64,000 bases of DNA from a virus (IMGVR_UViG_3300050187_000003:75576-139575), one strand, 5' to 3'; positions 18,783-28,946 are shown, counted from the first letter of the stretch. Made by a program: numbers and translations. The notes: a model not told the origin generated them from the sequence alone.

Positions 18783-18891
18783 GGAGACCCCCCAATGACC
18801 ACCGCCCGCCTGCCGACCTCAATGCCGCCGCTACCGGCCCGCGCCGAACGCGGGCACGGGTGGGGGCCGCCGCGTGACGTTCCGTCGACAT

Positions 18892-18975
18892 TTGGTCCGC
18901 CTGGCGGACCAACACACGCCAAACTAGTCCGCCAGGCGGACTAACAACCCCAACCTTGGTCCGCCAGGCGGACTA
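18892..18975. repeat. three phased 15-bp palindromes GTCCGCC(A/T)GGCGGAC
   Basis: Cores start at 18895, 18927 and 18959, an exact 32-bp period. Confidence 0.9.
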
Positions 18976-19000
18976 ACCCCCGACCCACACGGAGACCGCC

Positions 19001-19738
19001 ATGACCCACACCAACCCGCTACACACCGCCGGATGGCATGCCGCCCAAGCCGAAGACCTCCTCCACACCGCCCGCTCCGCCTCCATGACCGGCTGGTGGC
19101 ACCGCCCGTACCGCCGCGAGCTGACCGCCCGCGCCCACGTCCACGCCACCCTCGCCGCCGCGCTCCCCGAAGACGACCTCCACCAGCGGGCCCTCCACCA
19201 CCAGATGGACGCCGCCGTCCAAGCAGCACGCGTTAACGAACTCACCACCCAACTCAACGAGGTGAGGGCCGCCCTCATCGGCGGCGGCCAAGACTTGCTG
19301 CGGAACGGCGACACCCTCGCCGGAGCGGTCGTCAAACTGATGGCCGCCTACTACAGCTACGACCCCGAAGGCGGCGAACTCAACGCCCTACACGTAGCCA
19401 TTGACGGCTCCGACCCGCTTAGCCGGGCCGCAACACTGAACTGGCTCGTCCGGGCCGTCCACAACCGGGCCACCGCCGGCCATTCGACTCCGCCGATCCA
19501 TGTCACCGTCAAGGACCTGCCCCAACTGTTGCAGCACCCGGTCGACCGCCGTCAGTTCGAGCGCCTGCTGGAATCTGCTGCGGCGGCGGGGGTGTCCGGG
19601 GTGGCGTACGGCGGCACCAGTTGGGATGAGATCGCCAACCGGTGGCCGCGGTTGTCGGATCGACTTCTGCCGGGCGGTCCGCTGGAGTGGAAACCGGCCA
19701 GCCTTCAGCCAGGAGCCCACGCAGGAGACCCCCGGTGA
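19001..19738 (+). CDS. hypothetical protein
   Basis: 245-aa ORF, GGAG RBS, high-GC3 codon usage. Confidence 0.7.
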   Translation: MTHTNPLHTAGWHAAQAEDLLHTARSASMTGWWHRPYRRELTARAHVHATLAAALPEDDLHQRALHHQMDAAVQAARVNELTTQLNEVRAALIGGGQDLLRNGDTLAGAVVKLMAAYYSYDPEGGELNALHVAIDGSDPLSRAATLNWLVRAVHNRATAGHSTPPIHVTVKDLPQLLQHPVDRRQFERLLESAAAAGVSGVAYGGTSWDEIANRWPRLSDRLLPGGPLEWKPASLQPGAHAGDPR

Positions 19739-20367
19739 CCACCACGCACCCGCCGTCCTACCCCGAGTACGCCGACCTTCACGCCAGGGCCACTGCATCA
19801 GCTGCAGCGGACGGCTGGTTCGTTGACCCCGTGAAGTTTCGCCGCTGGCAGAGCCTGCACCGCGGCCACGACTGGACGATCTCCGTTCTCGGCCACAACC
19901 AGCAGCACAGCCTCGTCGAAATCCACATGCTGCTTATCGCCGACGACTGGAACCTGCAGCCGCCGCTGCCCCGCTGGCTGACCGAACAGCGGGCCGAACA
20001 GCAACGGCGGGAAGCCGCCCGACGGGCCGCGAATGACGCCCGTATCGCCGCACTACGCGGCGAGTGGACCAGCCTGTGGACGGCCTTGCCGGTGCCGGTG
20101 ACGGTCGCCTACAACTACTCCGGACCCAACCACAGGGAAGGGTGGTGCCAAGGCGCAGCGCACATCCTCGCCGCTGCGGATCTGCGTGCAGGCAGGCTGC
20201 ACCGGGTGGCAGGGTCGGCGCTGTGCACGGTGTCGAGCAATGCCAAGCACCAAGATTTCGCCGACGGCCAGCCGCCGGAGGACCGCTGGCCGACATGCAA
20301 GGCGTGCCTCCGTACTGCTTCCCGGCTCACCGGCTGCGACGTGTCAACCCTGTTGAGCGTGCGATGA
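19735..20367 (+). CDS. hypothetical protein with a C-terminal C...CxxC motif
   Basis: GTG start overlapping the previous stop; ALCT...PTCKAC. Confidence 0.65.
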   Translation: MTTTHPPSYPEYADLHARATASAAADGWFVDPVKFRRWQSLHRGHDWTISVLGHNQQHSLVEIHMLLIADDWNLQPPLPRWLTEQRAEQQRREAARRAANDARIAALRGEWTSLWTALPVPVTVAYNYSGPNHREGWCQGAAHILAAADLRAGRLHRVAGSALCTVSSNAKHQDFADGQPPEDRWPTCKACLRTASRLTGCDVSTLLSVR

Positions 20368-20837
20368 CCGGCACGAAGCGCCCCTACTACGCGGTCCCGG
20401 ACCCGAACGACCCCAACCGGATGACGTACTGGCAGCGTGGACCAGCCGGCGGCCTTACCCCACACCCGCCGCGCACCCGCTACTCGCCGCGTCTGCTGCG
20501 ATCCGACGTCCCCGACTGGCTGACCGGCCGGGAACGGCAAACGTGGGTCGAGGACTGGGCACGCCAGCACGTGTGGCCCTGGTACGCGGCCATCCACGCC
20601 GCCATTGACGCTGACCCACAAGCCTGCACTGCCCGGTTCGCGGCGTTCACCACCCGCTGCTGCGAGTGCGGCCGGACGCTGCGCGATCCGGTGTCGAAGA
20701 CGTACGGCATCGGCCCGGACTGCCGCGACGGCATCCCCAACGAGGTGCTGGCGGCGATGGCCCGGATGGTCGGACAAGCCCACGCCGAAGCAGCACACCC
20801 CACGACAACCGACGACAACGAAGGAGACCCCCGGTGA
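20364..20837 (+). CDS. DUF6011-like zinc-finger protein
   Basis: RCCECGRTLRDPVSKTYGIGPDC. Confidence 0.75.
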   Translation: MTGTKRPYYAVPDPNDPNRMTYWQRGPAGGLTPHPPRTRYSPRLLRSDVPDWLTGRERQTWVEDWARQHVWPWYAAIHAAIDADPQACTARFAAFTTRCCECGRTLRDPVSKTYGIGPDCRDGIPNEVLAAMARMVGQAHAEAAHPTTTDDNEGDPR

Positions 20838-21766
20838 CCGACCCCGGACAGCAGATCGTTGCCCTCACCGACACCGACCGCACCTGGTACCTGCTCCCCA
20901 CCCGGCCGTTCGGCCCCGGCTACCAGCGCCGAGACACCACCTGGGTTACCGCCGCCGGCCACCAGCTCACCCCGGCACCGTCAGCCCGGAACGGCGGCTG
21001 GTATCACGCGCCCGGCCAGCCGCAGAACCTGACCGCCACCCAACCCGGCCCCGCCACCAAAACCGGCTACCGGCTCAACGACGACGACGCCGCCTCGATC
21101 AAGTTCCCTGCCCACCTGACACCCGCCGAGTGGATCGAACGCGACTTCGACGACGACACCGCCACCGCCCTGTACTCGGCCGTCTGGGAAGACGGTGAAC
21201 CTGTCAGCGTCGTCTTCCCGGTCGCAGACATGATCGTCGTCGGAGATGGTGAACCGGTGCCCGATGACGGCCTGCAGTGGGTGCCGAACATCCGCGACGA
21301 ACTGCGCCACCACCCGGCGGTGTGGCATCTGTTCCCCGGCCACCTGACCGGCTTCCGGCAGGCAGTCCTGGAAGCCATCAAAGCGCCACCGGCCATGGCT
21401 GTTCGGCCGGAACATTCAGGGCTCCGAGGCCCCCACGCCTGCATCGACCGGGACCATCCCGCAGTGATCGAAGTGTCGACGTACGCGGCGTACGAGCCGA
21501 GGCAGACTCGTTTCGAACGGGCGATCGGCCGTAACGGGGCGAAGCTGAAACGAGGCCGGGACGTGGTGGAGGCGACCCGGCTGGCCATCAGGGTTCCCGT
21601 CGCCGACCGGATCGAAGGCGTCACGCGGGCCGCAGCCGTCACGGCGTGGAACACCGAACTGGCCCGCATCTTGGACGCGGTCACGGAGGCGTTGTCGCCG
21701 GCTCCGTGCTGGCATTGCAAGGGCACCGGCGTGGTGTCCCAGACGAAGGCAGAGGCGAACCGATGA
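20834..21766 (+). CDS. hypothetical protein
   Basis: About 310 aa, AAGGAG RBS, C-terminal CWHCKGTG. Confidence 0.7.
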   Translation: MTDPGQQIVALTDTDRTWYLLPTRPFGPGYQRRDTTWVTAAGHQLTPAPSARNGGWYHAPGQPQNLTATQPGPATKTGYRLNDDDAASIKFPAHLTPAEWIERDFDDDTATALYSAVWEDGEPVSVVFPVADMIVVGDGEPVPDDGLQWVPNIRDELRHHPAVWHLFPGHLTGFRQAVLEAIKAPPAMAVRPEHSGLRGPHACIDRDHPAVIEVSTYAAYEPRQTRFERAIGRNGAKLKRGRDVVEATRLAIRVPVADRIEGVTRAAAVTAWNTELARILDAVTEALSPAPCWHCKGTGVVSQTKAEANR

Positions 21767-21936
21767 CCGGCCCGCAGCAGTACCCCGCCAAGGTTCGCGA
21801 ACGCGCCCAAGCCATCGTCCGCCAGTATCTCGGCCGGTCTTTGTATCGGGCCGTGGACGACCTGGCGCTGCGACTCGCTGCCGCCGTGCCGGCCCAGGCG
21901 GTCACCGTCCACCCCGCCCACCGAAGGAGCCTGACC

Positions 21937-22265
21937 ATGGCCATCTACGACCCCGAACAACTGTCGAAGCGCAGCAGATGCTCGAAGGACTCGGCTCCGG
22001 AGCCGGCCGCATCAACCTGCGGATTATCGAAGCCGCACTCCTGTCCCAGCCCGGCATGTACGGCACCGCGATCGAATGGGGCTGGAACGACACCGAGGTC
22101 CGCGACGACCTGTCCAGTGCTGTCGCCTGCATGCTGCTCGGCATCTCCGGCGAGGAGTACCGGCGGCGGTGCCACGACAGCGAGTTGCAGGTGAACGCGG
22201 ATGTGCTGGCCGCGCAGGACCGCTTTCTGGCCGCCAACCCGCCCGCCGAAGGAGCCCGACCCTGA
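21937..22265 (+). CDS. hypothetical protein with an apparent 1-nt deletion near 21963
   Basis: MAIYDPEQL continues as VEAQQMLEGLGSGAG if one base is restored; AAGGAG RBS. Confidence 0.5.
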
Positions 22266-23097
22266 TGCCCACCACCGCCATCACCGACCCCGGCCTGTGG
22301 CTACCGCGCGGCCACTACCTCACCTTCCTCGCCGACGGGACCGACGCGAAACTCGCCACTGTCTCCCACCACCCAGCCGGGGTAGTCGTCGACACCAGCA
22401 TCGACGGCGAACACTGGCAGGCCGCCGACCCCCAAGACTGGGCCACCGCCCTCACCCACGTGGCAGCGTCACCGGTGGCCGCAGCGCAAAACCACGGCCG
22501 AATCATCGGCTTCTGCCACTGCGGTGCCAGCCTCACGGGGGAGACCCGCTACCGAGGCACCTGCACCGCATGCCAGATGCCCGACCGCCGCCGCGAGCTA
22601 TCCACCTCAGGTGCTGCCGAACGCAGCCTGATCCGCGACAGCACCATCAACGAACTCACCCGCCTGTGGCACACCCGCACCGCAGGCAAGCAGCGTGCCC
22701 TGTGGAACGCCGGACCGGTCATCGTCGAAAAACTCGACGCCACCCTCCGCCACGTGGAGGCAGGCAACCAAGGCCAACCGATGCCCGCCCCCGCACACGC
22801 AATCCGGGAACAGGCCGACCCGCGCTTCACGGATCAGGTCGACGACGTCCTTGCCCGGCTTGACCGGGCAGACCCCAATCAGTTCACGCAGGCGTGGCGG
22901 TGGGTGAACGTGCCCACCATGTCATGGCCTGCCTGCGGGCTGACGGGGTCTGCGGCTACCGGAACCTGCCCTGCGACGACATCGGCGAGGCCCGGAAGCG
23001 GCTTGCCGCGGTCGCATCCAACGGCCGCCGGCTTCTGTACGGGTCGCTGTCCTGCCAGGCCGGGCTGACCCTGAGCGTCAGGTACAGCTGGGACTGA
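22265..23097 (+). CDS. hypothetical protein, probably frameshifted near 22880
   Basis: MPTTAITDPG...FCHCG...CTAC; the coding-like frame switches to ...YSWD stop. Confidence 0.5.
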
Positions 23098-23174
23098 ACG
23101 CTTCGTGTCGTGCCGCCTGACTCCACCGTTGGACGGCGCGACACCCCACCAACACCCAACCTGAGGGAGTAACC

Positions 23175-23509
23175 GTGCACGTCGACAGCGACCTACTCGA
23201 CCGCGCCGCATCCAACACCATCGCCGGCTTCGGCTGGATTGCCGCCGCCGAAGACCACCTCGGCGCCCGACGCCTCCGGCAAGACGACCCGCCCGCCGAC
23301 GTCGCCAACAGTGCGGCATCGTCGGCGCCTACGCGGCAGTCGCGATGGCACGGGCCGAGTTGGCGAAAGCCCAAGCGTTGACTGTCCTCGCACAGACTGC
23401 GGCAGCGCAGCACGAAACCGCCAGTTGGTCCGGCGACGGCGGGCAGCCCCACCAGGAACCGCAGCGCGCGTCGTGGCTGGCCCGGCTCTTGGGCGGCAGC
23501 GGCCGATGA
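23175..23509 (+). CDS. hypothetical protein with an apparent frameshift near 23308
   Basis: MHVDSDLLDRAA continues in another frame as QCGIVGAYAAVAMARAELAKAQAL. Confidence 0.45.
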
Positions 23510-23710
23510 CACCCACAACCCCGGACCGGCTCGTCCACGTCCTCGGCGCCGTCCGCGACAACACCTGGACCGGCCCCGCCAACTGCCGGTACACCGCCGC
23601 CGCCCACCAGTACGCCCACGCCAACAACCTCATCGACGGCGACCAGATCACCGACCTGGGCTACCGAATGCTTGACATCCTCGGTGGCAACCCCACGGAA
23701 GGAGTTGGCC

Positions 23711-24217
23711 GTGGATCTCGCTGACCGTCTCGCCCAGATCGGCGACAACCCAGGTTGGCCGCCCATCTACCGGATGGAGGCCAAGGAAGGGCTGACCGAC
23801 CGGACTGGTGCCGGCTTGGACCCGGCGTCGATGTCCGACGGCGACATTGGGGCCGCACTCCACGCCCGCATCGTCGCCCGCACACCAGAGCCGGCACCGG
23901 TACTGTCATCCGCTGAACGCGCCCAGGCGAACGCCGACATGGCCGAGCAGATGGCCCACGTCGCGATCGGCGACCACCCGGACGCACCAGATCCCGCCGC
24001 ACTGCAGGCGATCCTGACCGAGGCAGGCAACTTCACCGAGGCCGGGAACGGCGTGCAGTACCGCAGCCAAGGCGAAGCCGCCGCCACGTGGGCCGAGACC
24101 CGAGGTCTGACTTTCCTAGGCCAGATCACCGGCCGGGGCCGGGTCCTGCTCGACATCCTCAACCGGGCCGCCGCACTCCGTACCCAAGCCGACCAGCACC
24201 GCACCGAAGGGAACTGA
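23711..24217 (+). CDS. hypothetical protein
   Basis: GTG start with a GGAG RBS. Confidence 0.6.
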   Translation: MDLADRLAQIGDNPGWPPIYRMEAKEGLTDRTGAGLDPASMSDGDIGAALHARIVARTPEPAPVLSSAERAQANADMAEQMAHVAIGDHPDAPDPAALQAILTEAGNFTEAGNGVQYRSQGEAAATWAETRGLTFLGQITGRGRVLLDILNRAAALRTQADQHRTEGN

Positions 24218-24221
24218 CCCG

Positions 24222-24542
24222 TTGTTCACCGACCAGCAGATCGCGGACCTACGCCGCCAGCATCTGCTCGACACCGCCGAAGTGTATTCCGTCGGCTGGC
24301 TCGCCACCCTCCGTTACACGGCAGCCGCCGCCAGGCACGGCCACCGGCGAGAAGCAGCAAGCAAACTGCGGTACGAGGCCGCCGGGTCCTGGCGGCTGGC
24401 CCGCAGCGGCCAGTGGCGGGCACTCCGCATGAAGTTCAACGGCTACTTGGCCGAGATCCCAGACCACAACGCCGGCCACGGCTGGACCCGACGCAGGGCG
24501 CTCCGCAGCCTCGACCGGATCATCCGCGAGGCCGACCAGTGA
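24222..24542 (+). CDS. hypothetical protein
   Basis: 106-aa ORF in the operon. Confidence 0.6.
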   Translation: MFTDQQIADLRRQHLLDTAEVYSVGWLATLRYTAAAARHGHRREAASKLRYEAAGSWRLARSGQWRALRMKFNGYLAEIPDHNAGHGWTRRRALRSLDRIIREADQ

Positions 24543-24793
24543 CCGCGTCGACCGGCTCCGCCTACGTCACCGCTGTCGCCGAACAACTCATCGCCGCCGG
24601 CATCAACGTCGACATGGGGGAAGCCGACCTCGACGAGGAAAGCTGCAACCTGCCCATCCGCGACACCGACGGCAGCACGACGTGGCTGCACTGGTCCGCA
24701 GACCCCGACAGCGGCTGGTACCTCGACGACCACCGGGGATGGCCTACCGCCCCGATCTGCCCACCCGACACCCCTGCCGAGCAGGCAGCCTGA
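24539..24793 (+). CDS. hypothetical protein, DUF6292-like
   Basis: YVTAVAEQL...WLHWSADPDSGW. Confidence 0.55.
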   Translation: MTASTGSAYVTAVAEQLIAAGINVDMGEADLDEESCNLPIRDTDGSTTWLHWSADPDSGWYLDDHRGWPTAPICPPDTPAEQAA

Positions 24794-25262
24794 CGGCTCG
24801 CCGACTACCTCTGACCTCGAAGGAGAACAATCATGGACCTTAGGCACATTGCAGTCATCCTGGACTCCGGAGCGAAAGCCGCCGAACAGATCCAGGACGC
24901 CGCCCTCCACAAGACCCTGTCGGCGATGACCGAAACCACGGTGCGTCTCATCCTCGGCGCGAACAACGGCGGTGGCTTCAGGCCCGCCATCGACGAGGAG
25001 TTCGCCGAACTCGCGGACCGGTACCGGTGACCGCCGACGTGGAGGAGTGGCCGCCCACCTGGGTCGACGTGGAGCGGTACTGCGCCGCCTCCGGCAGGCC
25101 CGTCCACCACGAAGGGGACCGCTGCCGCAGCCACGGCGCAGCCGACCGGCCGTGCACCACCGACGTCCGGCCAGCCGGGTGCGAGTACCCGAGGCTGTCG
25201 CCGAACCACCCGTACCCGTGCTGCGAGGAATGCGGCAAGCGGCTGGATACGGAGGCCGCCTG

Positions 25263-25580
25263 GTGACCGCCGACGTGGGGGTGGCCCGGCGTGAGTGTTC
25301 GATGCCCGACTGTCCGGCCTGGTACGACGCGATCGCCGTTGCGGGTGGCGCTCGGGATGCGGCCGGGTGGAGGCGGTGGAACAGCCTGGGGCTGCTTCTG
25401 TGCCCTGAACACTCGCCGCTGTGGGACGTGCATGCCCCAAGCCTTGTCAGGCATTCCTGGGACAGCGTGGACGTGGCGTGTGGGTGCGGCTGGCGGGCCG
25501 ATGTGACCGGCCGGACCGGAAGGGAAGCGGCCAGGCTGCATGTGGGGCATCTTGTCGGGGTGGTTGTGTCGGGTGGCTGA
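25263..25580 (+). CDS. Cys/His-rich hypothetical protein
   Basis: CSMPDC, LCPEH, CGCGW...H. Confidence 0.55.
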   Translation: MTADVGVARRECSMPDCPAWYDAIAVAGGARDAAGWRRWNSLGLLLCPEHSPLWDVHAPSLVRHSWDSVDVACGCGWRADVTGRTGREAARLHVGHLVGVVVSGG

Positions 25581-25595
25581 CACCCGGCGAGTTTT

Positions 25596-25637
25596 CTACT
25601 CCCCTCGTTGACTTCGATTCAACGGGGGGAGTAGTGT
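25596..25637 (+). promoter_or_regulatory. promoter overlapped by an inverted-repeat operator
   Basis: TTGACT-N18-TAGTGT; 16-bp arms CTACTCCCCTCGTTGA / TCAACGGGGGGAGTAG with one mismatch. Confidence 0.6.
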
Positions 25638-25677
25638 TTTGGTTGTTGGAACCACTACAACGACAGGACCAGCCCAC

Positions 25678-26250
25678 ATGACCCTCCCCGCCAGCCCCAC
25701 CCGCAGCGACCTACCCGCCAACCCCGAAGCCGCCTATGGGCAGGTCGCCGAATGGCTCGAACTCCACAAGGCTGCCGTCGGCAGTCTCACCGAACTTCGT
25801 GACCAGGTGCTTCGCGAAGTCGCTGGCACTGACCGCGGCGGCGTCGCCCGAGCCGCACGCGTAGCCGGCGTCACCCACACCCAAGCCGGCAGGCTCCTCG
25901 CCGACGGCCTTGTCCGAGCTGTCCGCCGCGCCGCCACCGAAGCTGGCTGGGCGCGTGACGAATACACGATCGAGACCACCGGACAGGCGCATCCCGCCCA
26001 CGTCCTAATCACCCTCAAATTCGACGACGAGCCAGAGCAGGACGAAAACTGGGACGACCCACCCCAAGCCCACAACGCCATCAACCCCCGCTGGATCGCC
26101 CGGATGAACGCGGCCGGCGGGCTCCTCAACGAACTCCGCAAACACGGCCTCGCCGCAGCACACGACGGCCTCGGCATAGACGTTGACAGCAGCGGCCCAC
26201 GCCACGCACTCGCCGACAGACAGCCCGTCGAAATCTTCTGGTCCAACTGA
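25678..26250 (+). CDS. hypothetical protein with a probable HTH
   Basis: GGVARAARVAGVTHTQAGRLL. Confidence 0.65.
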   Translation: MTLPASPTRSDLPANPEAAYGQVAEWLELHKAAVGSLTELRDQVLREVAGTDRGGVARAARVAGVTHTQAGRLLADGLVRAVRRAATEAGWARDEYTIETTGQAHPAHVLITLKFDDEPEQDENWDDPPQAHNAINPRWIARMNAAGGLLNELRKHGLAAAHDGLGIDVDSSGPRHALADRQPVEIFWSN

Positions 26251-26268
26251 CCCACGAGGAGACCCTCC

Positions 26269-27138
26269 GTGTACACGTACGCCCTGCTCGACCCCCGACC
26301 CGCCGCACGCGCCATGACGCTCGCAGGGCTGGCCGTCACGCCGACCCTCGGCGTTGAGGTCACCATCCCCGAACTCGCCGACGCCTGCCAACTCGGCAAC
26401 ATCGACCCCCAACACGCCGGCCAGAACCCCGACCAGGCCGCGATCGAGGCCGCCCTCAACTGGCCCCCACCGCCGGCCGGCACCCAACTCGCCACCATCC
26501 GACCCGACGCCGACGCATTCGGCACCATGGCCGTCCTCACCCTCCGCGCACAAGGCCAGCCCATCACCGGCGGCAGCCTCGAACGCGCCAACCAGATCGG
26601 CACCGACGACCGCACGGCAGGGGAATGGGCACCCGGACAGGACATCAACCACGTCACCCCGTTGCAGGCGTTGAAGGCGGTCTGCTTCGACCGCCTGTCG
26701 GCCGCCGACAAGGTCGGCGCCTGCATCGGCTACCTCCGGTACGGCGAAGTCGTCGATTTCGCCGCGATCGCCGACAGCATTCGCGCCGAACGCCGCGAAC
26801 ACGCCGCCGTGGCGACCGAGGTGGTGACCACCGCAGGCGGCCGGATCGCCGTTGTTGAATCCAACTCACGGTTCGCGGTCACCGCCGCCTACCAGCGCGC
26901 CCCAGTGGTGGTCGCCGTCAACCCCCGCCACCCCTGGCCCAACGGGCTGGTCACCAGGAAGGCCACCGTCTGCCAGCAGCGGCCCGGCCAGGTTGATCTG
27001 GGAGCCGTGTTCGCCGATCTCAACGAGATCCAGCCCGGTTGGGCGGGTTCACCAGTCATCGGCGGCAGCCCACAAGGCGTCGACTGCGAGGTGCCGATCG
27101 ACACCATCGTCGCTGCGGTCGCCAAGCACCTGGTCTGA
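26269..27138 (+). CDS. hypothetical protein, possibly DHH/DHHA1-like phosphoesterase
   Basis: GNIDPQH, RPDADA and C-terminal GWAGSPVIGGSPQG; the fold assignment is inference. Confidence 0.6.
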   Translation: MYTYALLDPRPAARAMTLAGLAVTPTLGVEVTIPELADACQLGNIDPQHAGQNPDQAAIEAALNWPPPPAGTQLATIRPDADAFGTMAVLTLRAQGQPITGGSLERANQIGTDDRTAGEWAPGQDINHVTPLQALKAVCFDRLSAADKVGACIGYLRYGEVVDFAAIADSIRAERREHAAVATEVVTTAGGRIAVVESNSRFAVTAAYQRAPVVVAVNPRHPWPNGLVTRKATVCQQRPGQVDLGAVFADLNEIQPGWAGSPVIGGSPQGVDCEVPIDTIVAAVAKHLV

Positions 27139-27241
27139 GGCATCCCTGCCGGCACCGGCCTTCACCCGGTCGGTGCCCGCAGGAAGCACCTCAGCCCAAC
27201 CCCAACCCCAACCCCAACCCCCGAGAAGGAAGGAAGACGCC

Positions 27242-27688
27242 ATGGAAATGGTGGACGCAAACGCACTGGCCGAAATCATCCCGCCCACGAAGTTCGCCAC
27301 GTGGGACCTGAACAGCAACGGGTTTTGGTCCCGGTCAGCCCTGAACGAAGACCGCCCCATCATCTTGGCGGAACGTCTCGCCAGAGCAGCACGCCTCGAC
27401 GACCGGCTGTTCGTCGAACTCCCCGGCACCTACGGGTGGAACGACGAGGCCGTCGACACCGGCTACTACAACGAAGAAAACGACGAATGGCAGGAGTGGG
27501 ACGGCTACGAGCCGTGGGAGCCCACGGACTACTTCCCCGGCCGGTACAACGAATGGCAGAAGTGGACCAGCAAGGCCGAAACCGGCTCACCACGCGGCGG
27601 CGAGGAAGCCCTCGTCGTCGAGGCAGGCACCCAGATCCCGCAGGCCCTGGTGGACGAGGTCCGGGCGTTCATCCAGGCCCGCACCTGA
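27242..27688 (+). CDS. acidic, aromatic-rich small protein
   Basis: WNDEAVDTGYYNEENDEWQEWDGYEPWEPTDYF; GAAGGAAGG RBS. Confidence 0.7.
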   Translation: MEMVDANALAEIIPPTKFATWDLNSNGFWSRSALNEDRPIILAERLARAARLDDRLFVELPGTYGWNDEAVDTGYYNEENDEWQEWDGYEPWEPTDYFPGRYNEWQKWTSKAETGSPRGGEEALVVEAGTQIPQALVDEVRAFIQART

Positions 27689-27719
27689 CCGCAGCCGACC
27701 CCACCCCGAAGGAGACCCG

Positions 27720-28151
27720 ATGAGCGACAACACGGCAGCCCTGATCGCAGCCATCCCGCTGCTGCGGGACATCACCAGCTACGACATCGACTGGCAGCAG
27801 AAAGTCCGCGACCTCGCCACCGCCACCCCCGAACAGGCCGCCCCCACCATCGTCATGGTGCGAGACACCAGCCGCGCCGTCATCCGCCACCTCGGCGGCA
27901 CCGACGCCATGTGGGCCGCCGACGAGGTCATGAACACCACCTGGCTAGGCGACGCAGTCCTCGACACCCCCGACCCGATCCTGTCCCATGCCGTCCGATC
28001 GGCCCTCGTCGGCCGGTTCTCCGAGGTAATCCGGTTCGTCGTCGAATCCAACGATGGTGTTGATGACGCCACCGAGATGGACCGGCTCGTCGCCGACGCG
28101 CTTGCCGCATCGCAACGTGAACTGGCCGAAGCCCTCAAGGAGGCACGGTGA
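27720..28151 (+). CDS. hypothetical protein
   Basis: 143-aa ORF, GAAGGAG RBS. Confidence 0.7.
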   Translation: MSDNTAALIAAIPLLRDITSYDIDWQQKVRDLATATPEQAAPTIVMVRDTSRAVIRHLGGTDAMWAADEVMNTTWLGDAVLDTPDPILSHAVRSALVGRFSEVIRFVVESNDGVDDATEMDRLVADALAASQRELAEALKEAR

Positions 28152-28402
28152 ACGACAACGCCCTGACCGTCGAAGCTCGCCCCGACCCCAACGGCCGTGG
28201 CGGCAGCGTGTGGCTGTCCGACGGCACCTTCCTCGGCCAGTGGCACCAGCCGCCCGGCAGCAGCCGATGGCAGTGCATGGACCAGTACGGCACTGATCTG
28301 ACTCGGCACCCCGACGGGCGCGAACGTCACGAGGAAGACGTAAAGCGGATCCTGACCGAGCATGCCCAAAGCTGGGCACTCGCACGGCAGGCCCACAACT
28401 GA
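28148..28402 (+). CDS. hypothetical protein
   Basis: Coupled ORF, AGGAGG RBS. Confidence 0.6.
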   Translation: MNDNALTVEARPDPNGRGGSVWLSDGTFLGQWHQPPGSSRWQCMDQYGTDLTRHPDGRERHEEDVKRILTEHAQSWALARQAHN

Positions 28403-28854
28403 TGCTCGTCGCCACCGCAGGGCTGTCCGCGTCCGGGAAAACCACCTGGGCGCGGACAGTCGTCGCAGTCGACCCCGGCCGGTGGGTCCGCGCCAACCGC
28501 GACACCATCCGCGCCGAACTGTTCGCTGGGCACGTGGACTACAGCGACGGCCAGGAAGCGAAGGTCACCCTCGTCCAGCATGGGCGCATCCACACCGCCC
28601 TAGCGGCCGGCATGTCGGTGATCGTGGACGACACCAACACCAGTCGCAGCCGCCTTGACCCGTTGAAGGCGATCGCCGACCAGCACGGGGTGCCGTTCCG
28701 GGTGCGGCTGTTCGAGCTCGACGTGGACGAGGCGATCCGCCGGCAGGCCTACCGCGGCCCCGACGAGGTGTGGGTGCCGCCTCACGTGATTCGCCGGCAG
28801 GCTGCCGAACTCGCCCAACTTGACCTGAGTGGGCTGGAACTCGCGGACGCCTGA
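28402..28854 (+). CDS. AAA_33 / polynucleotide kinase-like P-loop kinase, kinase domain only
   Basis: GLSASGKTTWA, RANRDTIR, VIVDDTN, R..RG...VP..VIRRQ. Confidence 0.85.
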   Translation: MLVATAGLSASGKTTWARTVVAVDPGRWVRANRDTIRAELFAGHVDYSDGQEAKVTLVQHGRIHTALAAGMSVIVDDTNTSRSRLDPLKAIADQHGVPFRVRLFELDVDEAIRRQAYRGPDEVWVPPHVIRRQAAELAQLDLSGLELADA

Positions 28855-28903
28855 CAACAAGCCGAAGCGGCCCACCCAGCACGCGTTGGGTGGGCCGCTT
28901 TGC

Positions 28904-28946
28904 TGTCCCCTTGACGGGGACAGAGCCTGTCCCCTAAGCTGTCCCC
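28904..28946 (+). promoter_or_regulatory. promoter with four phased TGTCCCC half-sites
   Basis: TTGACG-N18-TAAGCT; TGTCCCC or GGGGACA at 28904, 28916, 28928 and 28940 (12-bp period); terminator-like hairpin just upstream. Confidence 0.65.

Noticed and set aside
18892-18975. Mini-CRISPR array
   Set aside because: Repeats are 15-21 bp and spacers 17 bp or less and similar to each other, too short for crRNA units.
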